Source: Minisyncoccota bacterium
GTDB lineage: Bacteria; Patescibacteriota; Minisyncoccia; Phycocordibacterales; JAQTLZ01
Assembly: GCA_028710915.1 (NCBI GenBank)
Contig: JAQTTF010000002.1
Location: forward strand, 1 to 49,297
DNA: 49,297 bases
Direction: 5' to 3'
The position numbers and the translations under genes were made by a program. Of this stretch, positions 19,579 through 28,519 are shown one piece after another. The notes below the pieces were generated by a model that was not told the DNA's origin, searched no databases, and saw only the letters and a list, made by a program, of their open reading frames with translations. The stretch's first letter is position 1. The number at the start of each line of letters is the position of its first letter.

Positions 19579-20298
19579 ATGACAGGCGTTATGAATGACA
19601 CCAAAAACAGTGCAGTAATCGAGGGTCTTTTCAAGGCTGGCGCTCATTTTGCCTACTCAAAGTCACGACGACACCCATCCGTAAAATCCTATATTTTCGG
19701 GGCTAAAAACAAGGTTGAAATCTTCGATCTTGAAAAAACAGCTGAACTTTTGGAGAAAGCAAAGGCTTTTGTAAAACAACTTGGAAGTGAAGGAAAACAG
19801 ATCTTTTTTGTCGGTGGAAAGCCGGAATCTCGAGATGTTATGAAAAACGGCGCGATCTCGATCGGAATGCCATATGTTGCTGGACGATGGATCGGAGGTT
19901 CGCTTACAAACTTTGGCCAGATCCGAGGACGAATCGACAAGATGCTTAAGCTTATGGACCAACGAGAAAAAGGAGAGCTTGCAAAATATACAAAGAAAGA
20001 ACGGCTTCTTATCGATCGAGAAATTGCAAAATTGAATCTCTTTTTCTCCGGAATGGTGCTCCTCAAGGGAATGCCACAGGCTGTTTTTGTAATTGATCCT
20101 CGAAAGGAAAAAATTGCCGTAGATGAAGCAAAAAAAATGAATATTCCTGTTATCGCGCTTCTTGGTTCTGACTGCGATATTTCTGAAGTTGACCACGCTA
20201 TCGTCGGCAATGACGCATCGCTGGGAAGCATCAAATTCTTTGTAGACCAGCTTGTGAAGGCCTACCAAGAAGGAAAATCTTCGGCTAAGACTGCTTAA
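19579..20298 (+). CDS. rpsB: ribosomal protein S2
   Basis: LFKAGAHFAYSKSRRHP..IFGAKNKVEIFDLEKT; rpsB-tsf order. Confidence 0.92.
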   Translation: MTGVMNDTKNSAVIEGLFKAGAHFAYSKSRRHPSVKSYIFGAKNKVEIFDLEKTAELLEKAKAFVKQLGSEGKQIFFVGGKPESRDVMKNGAISIGMPYVAGRWIGGSLTNFGQIRGRIDKMLKLMDQREKGELAKYTKKERLLIDREIAKLNLFFSGMVLLKGMPQAVFVIDPRKEKIAVDEAKKMNIPVIALLGSDCDISEVDHAIVGNDASLGSIKFFVDQLVKAYQEGKSSAKTA

Positions 20299-20348
20299 TA
20301 GCTTCTCTAAAGGACTCTGTTCTTTGAGATTTTTTATAGTTTTTTATC

Positions 20349-20936
20349 ATGATCACCACTGAACAAATCAAAGCGCTTCGAGATGAAACAGGAATTTCTA
20401 TTATGCAATGCCGAAAGGCTCTTGAAGAAGCGGGAGGAGACAAAGAAAAAGCTCTTATTATCCTTAAGAAAAGAGGGGGCGATATCGCAGCCAAGAAAGC
20501 AGATCGAAGCCTTGGAGCAAGTATTATTTCCTCTTATGTTCATGGAACAGGAAAAGTCGGCGCTCTTGTCGAACTTTCTTGTGAGACAGATTTCGTAGCA
20601 AAAAATGAGGAGTTTAAGACGCTTGCCTATGATATTGCCATGCATGTTGCCGCGATGAATCCAGAATTTCTGAAAAAAGAGGATATTTCAGAGGAGATGA
20701 AAAAGAAAGCGACTGAAATTTTTGAAAAAGAAATTGTCGGAAAGCCGAAAGATATGCAGGCAAAAATTCTCGAAGGAAAAATCAATGCTTATTTTAAAGA
20801 CAAGATTCTTCTCGAACAGCCATTTATAAAGAATCCCGAAATTACCATTGGCGGGCTTGTACAAGCCGCAATTCAGAAGTTTGGCGAGAAAACCGAGGTC
20901 ATGCGTTTTGTGCGATTTGGTTCTCTTGAGAAATAA
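20349..20936 (+). CDS. tsf: elongation factor Ts (short form)
   Basis: ITTEQIKALRDETGISIMQCRKALEEAGGD UBA-like N-terminus; follows rpsB. Confidence 0.9.
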   Translation: MITTEQIKALRDETGISIMQCRKALEEAGGDKEKALIILKKRGGDIAAKKADRSLGASIISSYVHGTGKVGALVELSCETDFVAKNEEFKTLAYDIAMHVAAMNPEFLKKEDISEEMKKKATEIFEKEIVGKPKDMQAKILEGKINAYFKDKILLEQPFIKNPEITIGGLVQAAIQKFGEKTEVMRFVRFGSLEK

Positions 20937-20944
20937 AATTATCT

Positions 20945-21331
20945 ATGCTCTTTCCGCTCACATCTTTTGTCCTTTCATTTGTGTGCATCGCGATCCTTGT
21001 CGGTCACAAGCTTTTTGAAATGTCTAAGCGTGAGACGGTCTTCTCAAAAATGAGAGGAAAAGTTGATGCGGTAGTTTTGGAAAATATTTCGATTATGAAA
21101 AACCATGCTCAAGTGCTTGAGCAGGGGACAATCAGGAAATTTTTTAAGATCTTTTTTGTTTCTGTCGCAGAAGCTTTTGTCCATATAAATAAGAGCATTT
21201 CGGAGAAGTGGAATCATTTCTTTCATTCTTTAAAGACGGGCGCGGTAAAGAAGAGTGACGGAGAAGTTTCCTTGTTTTTGAAAGATATTTCTCGTGACAA
21301 GAAAGGTGGCGGAGGAGAGAAAAAAATGTAG
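20945..21331 (+). CDS. hypothetical N-terminally anchored protein (128 aa)
   Basis: One N-terminal TM; no motif recognised. Confidence 0.5.
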   Translation: MLFPLTSFVLSFVCIAILVGHKLFEMSKRETVFSKMRGKVDAVVLENISIMKNHAQVLEQGTIRKFFKIFFVSVAEAFVHINKSISEKWNHFFHSLKTGAVKKSDGEVSLFLKDISRDKKGGGGEKKM

Positions 21332-21420
21332 AATGGAGGTTGTTCTCGTAAGAAATATATAAGTTTTGTTACAATTTGTTCGTGCCTGGTCTCAGATTCC
21401 CTCACGGGAAGTCTGATGCA

Positions 21421-21443
21421 CGAAATTTGTGTGGCAAATTTCG
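21421..21443 (+). repeat. hairpin cgaaatttg-TGTGG-caaatttcg abutting the 5' end of tRNA-Thr; same apex as the 64-nt module at 47.7/48.3 kb
   Basis: 9-bp stem, loop TGTGG; the reverse complement carries GCCACAC as in 47749-47755 and 48334-48340. Confidence 0.5.
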
Positions 21444-21518
21444 CCGGCATAGCTCAGTTGGTAGAGCGCCACTTTTGTAAAGTGGATGTCCGGGGTTCGA
21501 ACCCTCGTGCCGGCTCCA
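21443..21518 (+). tRNA. tRNA-Thr (anticodon TGT), CCA encoded
   Basis: Acceptor gccggca/tgccggc, D-arm agctcagttggtagagc, anticodon loop tTTGTaa, T-arm cggggttcgaaccctcg, 3' tCCA. Confidence 0.9.
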
Positions 21519-21543
21519 AAATAATTTCTCATTTTCTGTTTTT

Positions 21544-23103
21544 ATGGACTACACTCGAACACCCTACTACACAGCAGGACAAGCAAAGGATCTTTCGGGG
21601 AAAGATTTTTGGCTCTACCGCTTTTTTGAAATTCTTCCCGGATTTTTGGCATGGGCAACTCTTTTAGGAGCTCTCGTCCTATCATATCTCGCTCCATTTT
21701 ACGCGGCGTTTTTTATTATTGCCTTTAATCTTTATTGGGTTTTAAAAAGCGGATATCTATCTTTGCATCTTTGGCAAAACTGGAAGCACTTGAAGACATC
21801 GCTCTCGATGGACTGGCTCGAGATGTTGTCTCCCTTTAAATATACCCGGATTGTTCATCTGGTTATTTTGCCTTTCTATAAAGAATCTTTTGAAATTGTC
21901 GAGACAAATATAAAATCGCTTCTTTCCGCCCGCGGGAATAAAAAGAAAATGGCGGTTGTGCTTGCCGTCGAAGCTCGCGCGGGAAACAGCGCTCTCGAAA
22001 TTACTGAAAAAATCAGAGCTCCCTATGGAAGGGAATTTGGTTTTTTTATCGTAACAGTTCACCCGAGCGGAATTCTTGGAGAGATGGATGGGAAAGGCTC
22101 TAACATCGCGTATGCTGCTGAAGAGGCGCGCAAACGCATTCTCGATGCGAATGGAATTCAGTATGAAGATGTTCTTGTTTCTGCATTCGACATCGACACG
22201 ATTGTCTATCCAGATTATTTCCTCTGTCTCATGTGGCATTTTCTTACCACAGAAGACAGGCTGCATGCTTCTTATCAGCCAGTCCCTTTTTATAATAATA
22301 ATATGTGGCAAGCCCCCGCCTTATCTCGTGTAGTGGCGACTTCGGGGAGTCTCTGGCAGATGATTCAGCAGGAAAGACCGGAGCGTCTCACTACATTTTC
22401 TTCACACTCCATGCCTTTTATGGCTCTTCGAGAAGTGGGCTACTGGCAGAAAAATATTGTGTCAGAGGATTCGCGTATTTTCTGGAACGCTTTTCTTGCG
22501 TATGACGGCAATTATAAAGTCGTGCCGATTTCGTATCCGCTTTCCATGGATGCAAATCTCGCGCCAAAATTTTGGGAGACTTTGAAAAATGTTTATAAAC
22601 AACAGCGCCGATGGAGTTGGGGAGTCGAGAATCTTCCATATATTCTTACTGGTTTTATAAAAAATCCTCGCATACCGCTTCCGAAAAAAATAAAAATCAC
22701 GCTCCTTGAGCTTGAACGCGCATGGTCGCTTGCGACAAATCCAATTCTCCTCTTTCTTTTCACATGGACGCCGATTCTTCTCGGAGGAAGGCTTTTTAAT
22801 AGCACTTTGCTCTCGTATAATCTTCCGGTCGTTTCAAGAGACTTGACCCTTCTCGGAATTCTCGGAATTTTACTTTCTGCAATTATTTCAATATCATTTT
22901 TACCTCCAGCTCCTAATAGCAGTTCGACAAGGGCTAAGTCCATTATGTTTCTTCAGTGGGTGTTTGTTCCTATCACGCTTCTTGTTTTCGGCTCAATTCC
23001 TGCCCTTGAATCTCAGACAAGACTGATGCTTAGCGGCAGATTCCGTCTCGGCTATTGGGTCACTCCCAAACATAGAAAAACCGGGCAAATTTTATCGCTG
23101 TAA
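21544..23103 (+). CDS. membrane-embedded processive GT2 glycosyltransferase (cellulose/chitin-synthase-like)
   Basis: N- and C-terminal TM bundles; VSEDSRI (T/SED) and QQRRWSWG (QxxRW) motifs. Confidence 0.75.
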   Translation: MDYTRTPYYTAGQAKDLSGKDFWLYRFFEILPGFLAWATLLGALVLSYLAPFYAAFFIIAFNLYWVLKSGYLSLHLWQNWKHLKTSLSMDWLEMLSPFKYTRIVHLVILPFYKESFEIVETNIKSLLSARGNKKKMAVVLAVEARAGNSALEITEKIRAPYGREFGFFIVTVHPSGILGEMDGKGSNIAYAAEEARKRILDANGIQYEDVLVSAFDIDTIVYPDYFLCLMWHFLTTEDRLHASYQPVPFYNNNMWQAPALSRVVATSGSLWQMIQQERPERLTTFSSHSMPFMALREVGYWQKNIVSEDSRIFWNAFLAYDGNYKVVPISYPLSMDANLAPKFWETLKNVYKQQRRWSWGVENLPYILTGFIKNPRIPLPKKIKITLLELERAWSLATNPILLFLFTWTPILLGGRLFNSTLLSYNLPVVSRDLTLLGILGILLSAIISISFLPPAPNSSSTRAKSIMFLQWVFVPITLLVFGSIPALESQTRLMLSGRFRLGYWVTPKHRKTGQILSL

Positions 23104-23135
23104 AAAAGGCTCATTTTGTGTATAATGTTGTCTAT

Positions 23136-24005
23136 ATGCAGCATATGTCACTTCTCAAAAGAAGGCTCTATTTCTATTCTTTTTGTCTTGTTTTTTTTAT
23201 AGTGATTCCGATACTTATTTTCTACGCAAACGGATATCGACTGACGAAAGACTGGCAAATTTCCGAAACGGGCGGAATTTATGTATACGCATCGGAGAGT
23301 TATGCGGATATTTCTCTTGATGGAGTAAAGAGGGCGCAGAGCGGGATTTTCCAGCGGGGAGTTCTTCTTGATGGTCTCAAAGCCGGCACATATGCTGTTA
23401 CTGTATCAAAAGATGGTTTTTTTTCTTGGAAAAAAGATCTTTCTGTGAAAAATGGGCTTGTGTCAGAAGGTCATCCATTTCTCATTTCTGATCATTTGGA
23501 AGTCGTCTCGATTCCTGAACTTGCTACGAGCACTCTCTCCACGAGTACCAAAGTGAAGAACCCTGATTATGCAGGTGCTTTACTCCTTTTTCAAAAACAG
23601 CCCTTAAAAGCAGGCGTCGCTACCACGACACCTTATGGGGATAATGCTCTCATAAATGGAAATCTTGTTGTTTCTGAAAAAGGGGACACCATTTATGCCC
23701 TCTGGCTTGGCGATACCAACTCAATGCCTTATTTTTTCTGTAACCAGGCTGTCTGCGATGCAAACACCAGCGCAACATCAACAATATACACGTATGCATT
23801 GCCGAAATCTCACATCGATTTTTTGCCTGGAAGAAATGATGTGATTCTCGTGTCTACTGCAGAGGGGATAGACGCTGTAGAACTCGACACGAAAGAGCCT
23901 CAAAATATTGTTTTGGTATATCCAACAAAAACGGCAGACTTTCGAGTTTCAAGTGGAGTTTTATATATAAAAGACGGTACGGAGATATCAAAGATAAATT
24001 TGTAA
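23136..24005 (+). CDS. PEGA-domain membrane-anchored protein
   Basis: N-terminal TM; ISLDG..LDGLKAGTYAVTVSKDGFFSWKKDLSV PEGA pattern; ATG 23136 is 9 nt after TATAAT 23121-23126. Confidence 0.6.
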   Translation: MQHMSLLKRRLYFYSFCLVFFIVIPILIFYANGYRLTKDWQISETGGIYVYASESYADISLDGVKRAQSGIFQRGVLLDGLKAGTYAVTVSKDGFFSWKKDLSVKNGLVSEGHPFLISDHLEVVSIPELATSTLSTSTKVKNPDYAGALLLFQKQPLKAGVATTTPYGDNALINGNLVVSEKGDTIYALWLGDTNSMPYFFCNQAVCDANTSATSTIYTYALPKSHIDFLPGRNDVILVSTAEGIDAVELDTKEPQNIVLVYPTKTADFRVSSGVLYIKDGTEISKINL

Positions 24006-24017
24006 TATAATAGAGAT

Positions 24018-24767
24018 ATGGAAAAATCGCATCCTACAGGGTATCTTCATCCGATTACGCAGACAATCCGAGAGGCGGTTTCTATTTGGAATGATCTTGG
24101 TTTTGAGGTTGCTGAAGGGCCGGAGATTGAAAGCGAGTACTACAATTTCGATGCTCTTAATATTCCTGCTGATCACCCTGCTCGAGACTTATGGGACACA
24201 TTCTGGCTCAAGCCTATAAAAGATCGGAAACTCTTGCGCACTCATACATCGCCTGTCCAAATTCGATTTATGGAAAAGCATAAAAATAATTTGCCAATCC
24301 GTATTATTGTTCCTGGGAAAACTTTTCGCCATGAGGCAACTGACGCTACGCATGAAGCGCAATTTTTCCAGATGGAAGGACTTGCAGTCGGCAAGGGAAT
24401 TACCCTTGCAAATATGAAATCAGTTCTCATTACGTTTTTTAAAAAACTCTACGGTCCAAATGCAGAGGTTCGATTTCGGCCAAGCTTTTTTCCGTTTACC
24501 GAACCATCTGTAGAGATTGATGTCTCGTGTTTTAAATGTCTAGGAAAAGATGCGCATTGCCCTCTCTGCAAAGGCACGGGATGGATTGAAGTTATGGGTG
24601 GAGGAATGGTCAATCCGAAAGTACTTCTCAATGTCGGCATTGATTCGAAAAAATACACAGGTTTTGCTTTTGGTTTCGGCCTTGATCGTCTTGTAATGCT
24701 CAAATATGGCGTAGATGATATCCGTTCGCTCTATTCGGGCGATCTGCGCCTCTGGCAACCTCTATGA
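24018..24767 (+). CDS. pheS: phenylalanine--tRNA ligase alpha subunit (N-terminally short, 249 aa)
   Basis: YNFDALNIPADHPARDLWDTFW, FRPSFFPFTEPS, GFAFGFGLDRL class II motifs; ATG 6 nt after TATAAT. Confidence 0.92.
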   Translation: MEKSHPTGYLHPITQTIREAVSIWNDLGFEVAEGPEIESEYYNFDALNIPADHPARDLWDTFWLKPIKDRKLLRTHTSPVQIRFMEKHKNNLPIRIIVPGKTFRHEATDATHEAQFFQMEGLAVGKGITLANMKSVLITFFKKLYGPNAEVRFRPSFFPFTEPSVEIDVSCFKCLGKDAHCPLCKGTGWIEVMGGGMVNPKVLLNVGIDSKKYTGFAFGFGLDRLVMLKYGVDDIRSLYSGDLRLWQPL

Positions 24768-26140
24768 AATCTTCTTCTCGAATCGAGAGCGACTCCATGG
24801 GAGAAATGAAAGTTCCTGAAAGCGCATACTACGGCGCTGAAACTGCACGCGCAGTTTTAAATTTTCCGATAAGCAATCTTCGATTTTCGAAAAGATTTAT
24901 TTCTGTTCTTGGACTCATTAAAAAACATTCAGCGAGAACGAACCTCTCCCTTGGTCTTTTGTCTAGAAACACATCTCTCGCGATTCAGAAGGCTTCGGAT
25001 GAAGTTTTTCAAAATAAGCTTGATTCGTATTTTGTCGTTGATATCTTTCAGACTGGTTCCGGCACTTCAACCAATATGAATGCAAATGAAGTCATCGGGA
25101 ATCGCGCGGGTGAAATTCTCGGCGGCAAAAGGGGTGAAAAGAAAGTGCATCCCAATGATCATGTGAATCTCGGCCAATCAAGCAACGATGTTGTCCCGAC
25201 TGCTATTCATATTGCGGGACTTTACGAAATAACTCATTCGCTTCTTCCTGCCCTTACAGAATTGCATGGAGCTCTTCTTAAAAAATCAAAAGAATTTAAA
25301 AATGTTTGGAAAATTGGGCGTACTCACCTTCAGGATGCGGTACCAATGACACTTGGGCAAGAGTTTGGCGGGTATGCGAGTCAAATAGAAAATGCCACTT
25401 CAAGGCTCTTGGAAACAAAAAATGTTTTAGAAGAATTAGCTTTGGGCGGTACGGCTCTCGGAACTGGCGTGAATACGCACAAGGAATTTGCAAAACGCAC
25501 AATTGTGGGAATTGCGAAAGAATTAAAATTAAATCTTCGAGAAACAAAAAATCATTTTAGTGCGCAATCGAATATTGATGCAGTTATTGAAGTAAGTGGA
25601 GCTTTACGAGGAGTTGCTATCGCTACGGTAAAAATCGCGAGTGATATTCGACTTCTTGGTTCCGGTCCGCGAGCTGGACTTGGCGAAATTATTTTGCCCG
25701 CAACTCAACCCGGTTCTTCCATTATGCCCGGCAAAGTAAACCCAGTTATGTGCGAGATGGTCATTCAAGTCGGTGCGCAAGTCATTGGAAATGATACTAC
25801 TATTGCGTTTAGCGCTACGCAGGGAAATTTTGAACTCAACACAATGTTTCCTGTTGTTGCGTATAATTTTCTGCAATCAATTGACTTACTTACCAACGCG
25901 AGTCATGTTTTCGCAAAACGCTGTATTTCGGGAATAAAGGCGAATAAAAAAGTATGCGAAGCAAATATCGAAAAAAGCCTTGCTCTCGCAACATTTCTTG
26001 TCCCAGCTCTTGGTTACGACGTATCAGCTAAGATCGCAAAGGTTGCTCACGAAAGTGGCCGGACAATTCGAGAAGTAGCGCTTGAAATTTCGGGTTTAAA
26101 CAAGAAACAGATTGATACACTTTTGAAGTTTCGAAATTAA
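24764..26140 (+). CDS. class II fumarate hydratase / aspartate ammonia-lyase family enzyme
   Basis: GSSIMPGKVNPVMCE signature, TGSGTSTNMNANEV, HPNDHVNLGQSSND; mixed FumC-like (DSMG, TGSGT, xCE) and AspA-like (AYYG) features; ATGA overlap with pheS. Confidence 0.8.
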   Translation: MKSSSRIESDSMGEMKVPESAYYGAETARAVLNFPISNLRFSKRFISVLGLIKKHSARTNLSLGLLSRNTSLAIQKASDEVFQNKLDSYFVVDIFQTGSGTSTNMNANEVIGNRAGEILGGKRGEKKVHPNDHVNLGQSSNDVVPTAIHIAGLYEITHSLLPALTELHGALLKKSKEFKNVWKIGRTHLQDAVPMTLGQEFGGYASQIENATSRLLETKNVLEELALGGTALGTGVNTHKEFAKRTIVGIAKELKLNLRETKNHFSAQSNIDAVIEVSGALRGVAIATVKIASDIRLLGSGPRAGLGEIILPATQPGSSIMPGKVNPVMCEMVIQVGAQVIGNDTTIAFSATQGNFELNTMFPVVAYNFLQSIDLLTNASHVFAKRCISGIKANKKVCEANIEKSLALATFLVPALGYDVSAKIAKVAHESGRTIREVALEISGLNKKQIDTLLKFRN

Positions 26141-26163
26141 TCATTTTACGCTAAACTTCTCTT

Positions 26164-28059
26164 ATGCTTATCTCTTATAAATGGCTCTCGATGTATTTTG
26201 ACAAGCCCATTCCTTCGCCGGAAGAGGCAGCGAAGCTTTTTACTTTTCATGCATTTGAGGTGGAGGGGATTGAGAAAAAAGGAGAAAATGTGACGCTTGA
26301 TGTGAAGATCCTTCCAGATCGAGCGCATTACTGCCTTTCACATCGGGGAGTCGCAGGGGAACTTTCTGCTATCACTGGAATTCCGCTCAAGAAAATGGAA
26401 CCAAAAGTTTTTCCGATTGCGAAAGTTCGCGATCTAAAAATTAAAATTACCGAGCCGAAACTATGCCGACGATATATGGGTCGGGTGATTGAAAATGTTG
26501 AGGTCACTGAATCGCCGAAATTTTTGCGGGACGATTTAGCCGTCGTCGGCCAGCGACCGATCAATGTCGTTGTTGATAATGGAAACGGCGCGATGTTCGA
26601 TGTCGGTCAGCCGCTTCACGCTTTTGATGCAGATAAAGTTGCGGGAGGAATTACGGTGCGACTGGCAAAGAAAGGCGAGAAAATTACCACGCTTGATAAC
26701 AAAGATGTCGTACTTGATGCAGAAACGCTTATTATTGCGGATGATGATGGTCCGCTTGCTATTGCGGGGGTAAAAGGCGGAAAGCGTGCGGAAGTGACGA
26801 AGGAGACGAAAAATCTCATTCTAGAATCTGCCAATTTTGAACCGACCAATATCAGAAAAACCGCGACTCGGCTCGGCATACATACCGATGCTTCCAAGCG
26901 ATATGAAAATGAGATCACGCCGGACTTGACCTCAAGCGGAATGGAGATGCTCACTTTCTTTCTCCAGTACTGTATCAAAAGCCCATTCAAAATTGGACCG
27001 GTAGTTGATGTCTACCCGAATCTTGCAAAGCAGACGGTTATCGAATTCGATCCGGCTTTGCCAAGCAGAGTTTTGGGGGTAGAAATTGATGAGCAGAAAA
27101 TTATTGAACTTTTGAATCGACTTGAAATCAAGATTGAAAAGAAAGGAAAAAATCTTTTGCTCGCCATTCCATTTGTTCGTCTTGATCTCCAAATTCCTGA
27201 AGATGTCGTCGAAGAAATCGGCAGACTTTATGGATATGAGAATATAAAGCCGGAGCCGATGGAGAAGCTCGAGAAATCTCCTGCTATAAACAAAAATCTT
27301 TATTATCAAAATAAAATTCGCGAAATTCTTATAAATCTCGGCTATATCGAAGTCTATACCTACGCACTTCAGCAAAATGGGGAGGTTGAATTGGAAAATC
27401 CGCTTGCTTCTGACAAAGCGTTTTTGCGGAAGGATTTGTCTGCACTCCAAGCAAGTCTCGACGCTAATGTCCTGAATGCTCCGCTTCTTGCTATTTCTGA
27501 TGTTCGGATTTTCGAGATTGGAAAAGTATTTGAGAAAGGTGGAAGGGAACACACCGCTCTTGCTATTGGTTTTTCTCCATCACAGAAAAAGAAGCGAGAA
27601 GAAATAATAAAAACAGAATTTGATACAATCGCCTCTGCATTGAAAAAGGGAATTGGAGATGCTCCAAAGGCTCACAATTTAACTTCAAATGTTATGGAAG
27701 CGAATCTCGATGAATGTGTCACAAAGCTTCCGGAACCAAAAGAATATGATTTTGCCAAAGCGACTGAAGTCGTTTACAAAAAACCATCAGCATATCCATT
27801 TATTGTCCGCGACGTTGCGCTTTTTGTTCCTTCATCTGTGACGCCGGAAGAAGTCGAGAAGATAATCAAGAACGAAATAGAAGATTTGGCAGTGAAAGGC
27901 CCGACACTCTTTGACACCTTTGAGAAAGACGGCAAAAAGTCTTTGGCATTTCGCACGGTTCTTCAATCCTACGAAAAAACGCTTTCAGATGCAGAGGCAA
28001 ATGACGTTATGAAAAAAGTTTACTCTGCATTGGAGGGAAAAGGTTGGACAATAAGATAA
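26164..28059 (+). CDS. pheT: phenylalanine--tRNA ligase beta subunit (short form, 631 aa)
   Basis: MLISYKWL..DVKILPDRAHYCLSHRGVAGEL B3/4 region, C-terminal FDTFEKDGKKSLAFR anticodon-binding-like domain. Confidence 0.88.
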   Translation: MLISYKWLSMYFDKPIPSPEEAAKLFTFHAFEVEGIEKKGENVTLDVKILPDRAHYCLSHRGVAGELSAITGIPLKKMEPKVFPIAKVRDLKIKITEPKLCRRYMGRVIENVEVTESPKFLRDDLAVVGQRPINVVVDNGNGAMFDVGQPLHAFDADKVAGGITVRLAKKGEKITTLDNKDVVLDAETLIIADDDGPLAIAGVKGGKRAEVTKETKNLILESANFEPTNIRKTATRLGIHTDASKRYENEITPDLTSSGMEMLTFFLQYCIKSPFKIGPVVDVYPNLAKQTVIEFDPALPSRVLGVEIDEQKIIELLNRLEIKIEKKGKNLLLAIPFVRLDLQIPEDVVEEIGRLYGYENIKPEPMEKLEKSPAINKNLYYQNKIREILINLGYIEVYTYALQQNGEVELENPLASDKAFLRKDLSALQASLDANVLNAPLLAISDVRIFEIGKVFEKGGREHTALAIGFSPSQKKKREEIIKTEFDTIASALKKGIGDAPKAHNLTSNVMEANLDECVTKLPEPKEYDFAKATEVVYKKPSAYPFIVRDVALFVPSSVTPEEVEKIIKNEIEDLAVKGPTLFDTFEKDGKKSLAFRTVLQSYEKTLSDAEANDVMKKVYSALEGKGWTIR

Positions 28060-28063
28060 AAAC

Positions 28064-28096
28064 AAAAGCTTTCGAAAGTGTGTTACTTTCGAAAGC
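28064..28096 (-). terminator. hairpin gctttcgaaag-tgtgtta-ctttcgaaagc with T-run only on the minus strand
   Basis: 11-bp stem 28068-28078/28086-28096; minus-strand continuation TTTTGTTTTT. Confidence 0.6.
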
Positions 28097-28136
28097 GTGC
28101 CTCATCATCTCTGTCGCTTCGTTGCGAGAGAGATGC

Positions 28137-28331
28137 TTATGAGGGCGAAAGGGAAACTGCTAGACGCCTTTTCTCGTGTCTGCTTGCTGCAATCTCCGGC
28201 TGTCGGTTGCCGGACGGACACAGGCGTTTTGCCAGAGCTCGCGATTTTATCCGTGCGATCTCTGTTGTCGGTTCTCCTTCCGCCAGAGCGTAGTAGAGAA
28301 ATCGAGCCATGACCTGCCGCGTTGTAAGCAT
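28137..28331 (-). CDS. candidate 64-aa basic ORF inside a GC-rich unit; coding status doubtful (could be non-coding RNA)
   Basis: ATG 28331 preceded by GAGGGCAGGAAA; but 5 of 6 frames are open across 28.08-28.35 kb and composition is Arg/Ala-rich. Confidence 0.3.
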   Translation of the reverse strand: MLTTRQVMARFLYYALAEGEPTTEIARIKSRALAKRLCPSGNRQPEIAASRHEKRRLAVSLSPS

Positions 28332-28385
28332 TTTCCTGCCCTCGAGAAGTTGACAAAGGTGCGAAATGAAAACAGTCCTTTTCAA

Positions 28386-28415
28386 ACTATACACATACAG
28401 TGAAAAATTCTGCAA
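28386..28415 (-). promoter_or_regulatory. promoter TTGCAG-18-TATAGT driving the 28.06-28.38 kb minus-strand unit
   Basis: plus ctgcaa 28410-28415, actata 28386-28391. Confidence 0.5.
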
Positions 28416-28422
28416 CCAATTT

Positions 28423-28474
28423 TGTGTATAAACCTGTGTAAAAGTTGTGGATTTTTCGATTTTCTTGTGGATAA
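28423..28474 (-). promoter_or_regulatory. cluster of four same-orientation DnaA-box-like 9-mers (one perfect TTATCCACA)
   Basis: minus strand: TTATCCACA (28466-28474), AAATCCACA (28446-28454), TTTTACACA (28435-28443), TTATACACA (28423-28431); AT-rich tract 28491-28526 adjacent. Confidence 0.5.
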
Positions 28475-28519
28475 CGTTTTTTTGTGTCTCTTTTATAAAG
28501 AAATAAAGAGTTAAGAAAT

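Noticed and set aside
19663-20268. Long antisense ORFs opposite rpsB (201 and 181 aa). Similar ones lie opposite smc (44147-44683, 45041-45724), pheT (26932-27552), rplY (11668-12225), rpiB/rpe (2122-2793) and the GT2 gene (21757-22311).
   Set aside because: They are shadow ORFs. Purine-rich GAA/AAA/GAG-type sense codons leave the complementary frames free of stops. Their products are Ser/Phe/Leu-rich low-complexity strings, and they lack starts with promoter or SD context.
28064-28415. RNase P RNA, tmRNA, SRP RNA or 6S RNA in the GC-rich non-coding-looking unit.
   Set aside because: I could not find the conserved cores on either strand: GGAAAGUCC (P4), a tRNA-like GGUUCGAUUCC..CCA end, or the GGAA tetraloop and AGCAGC symmetric loop of SRP. 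6S cannot be judged by eye.
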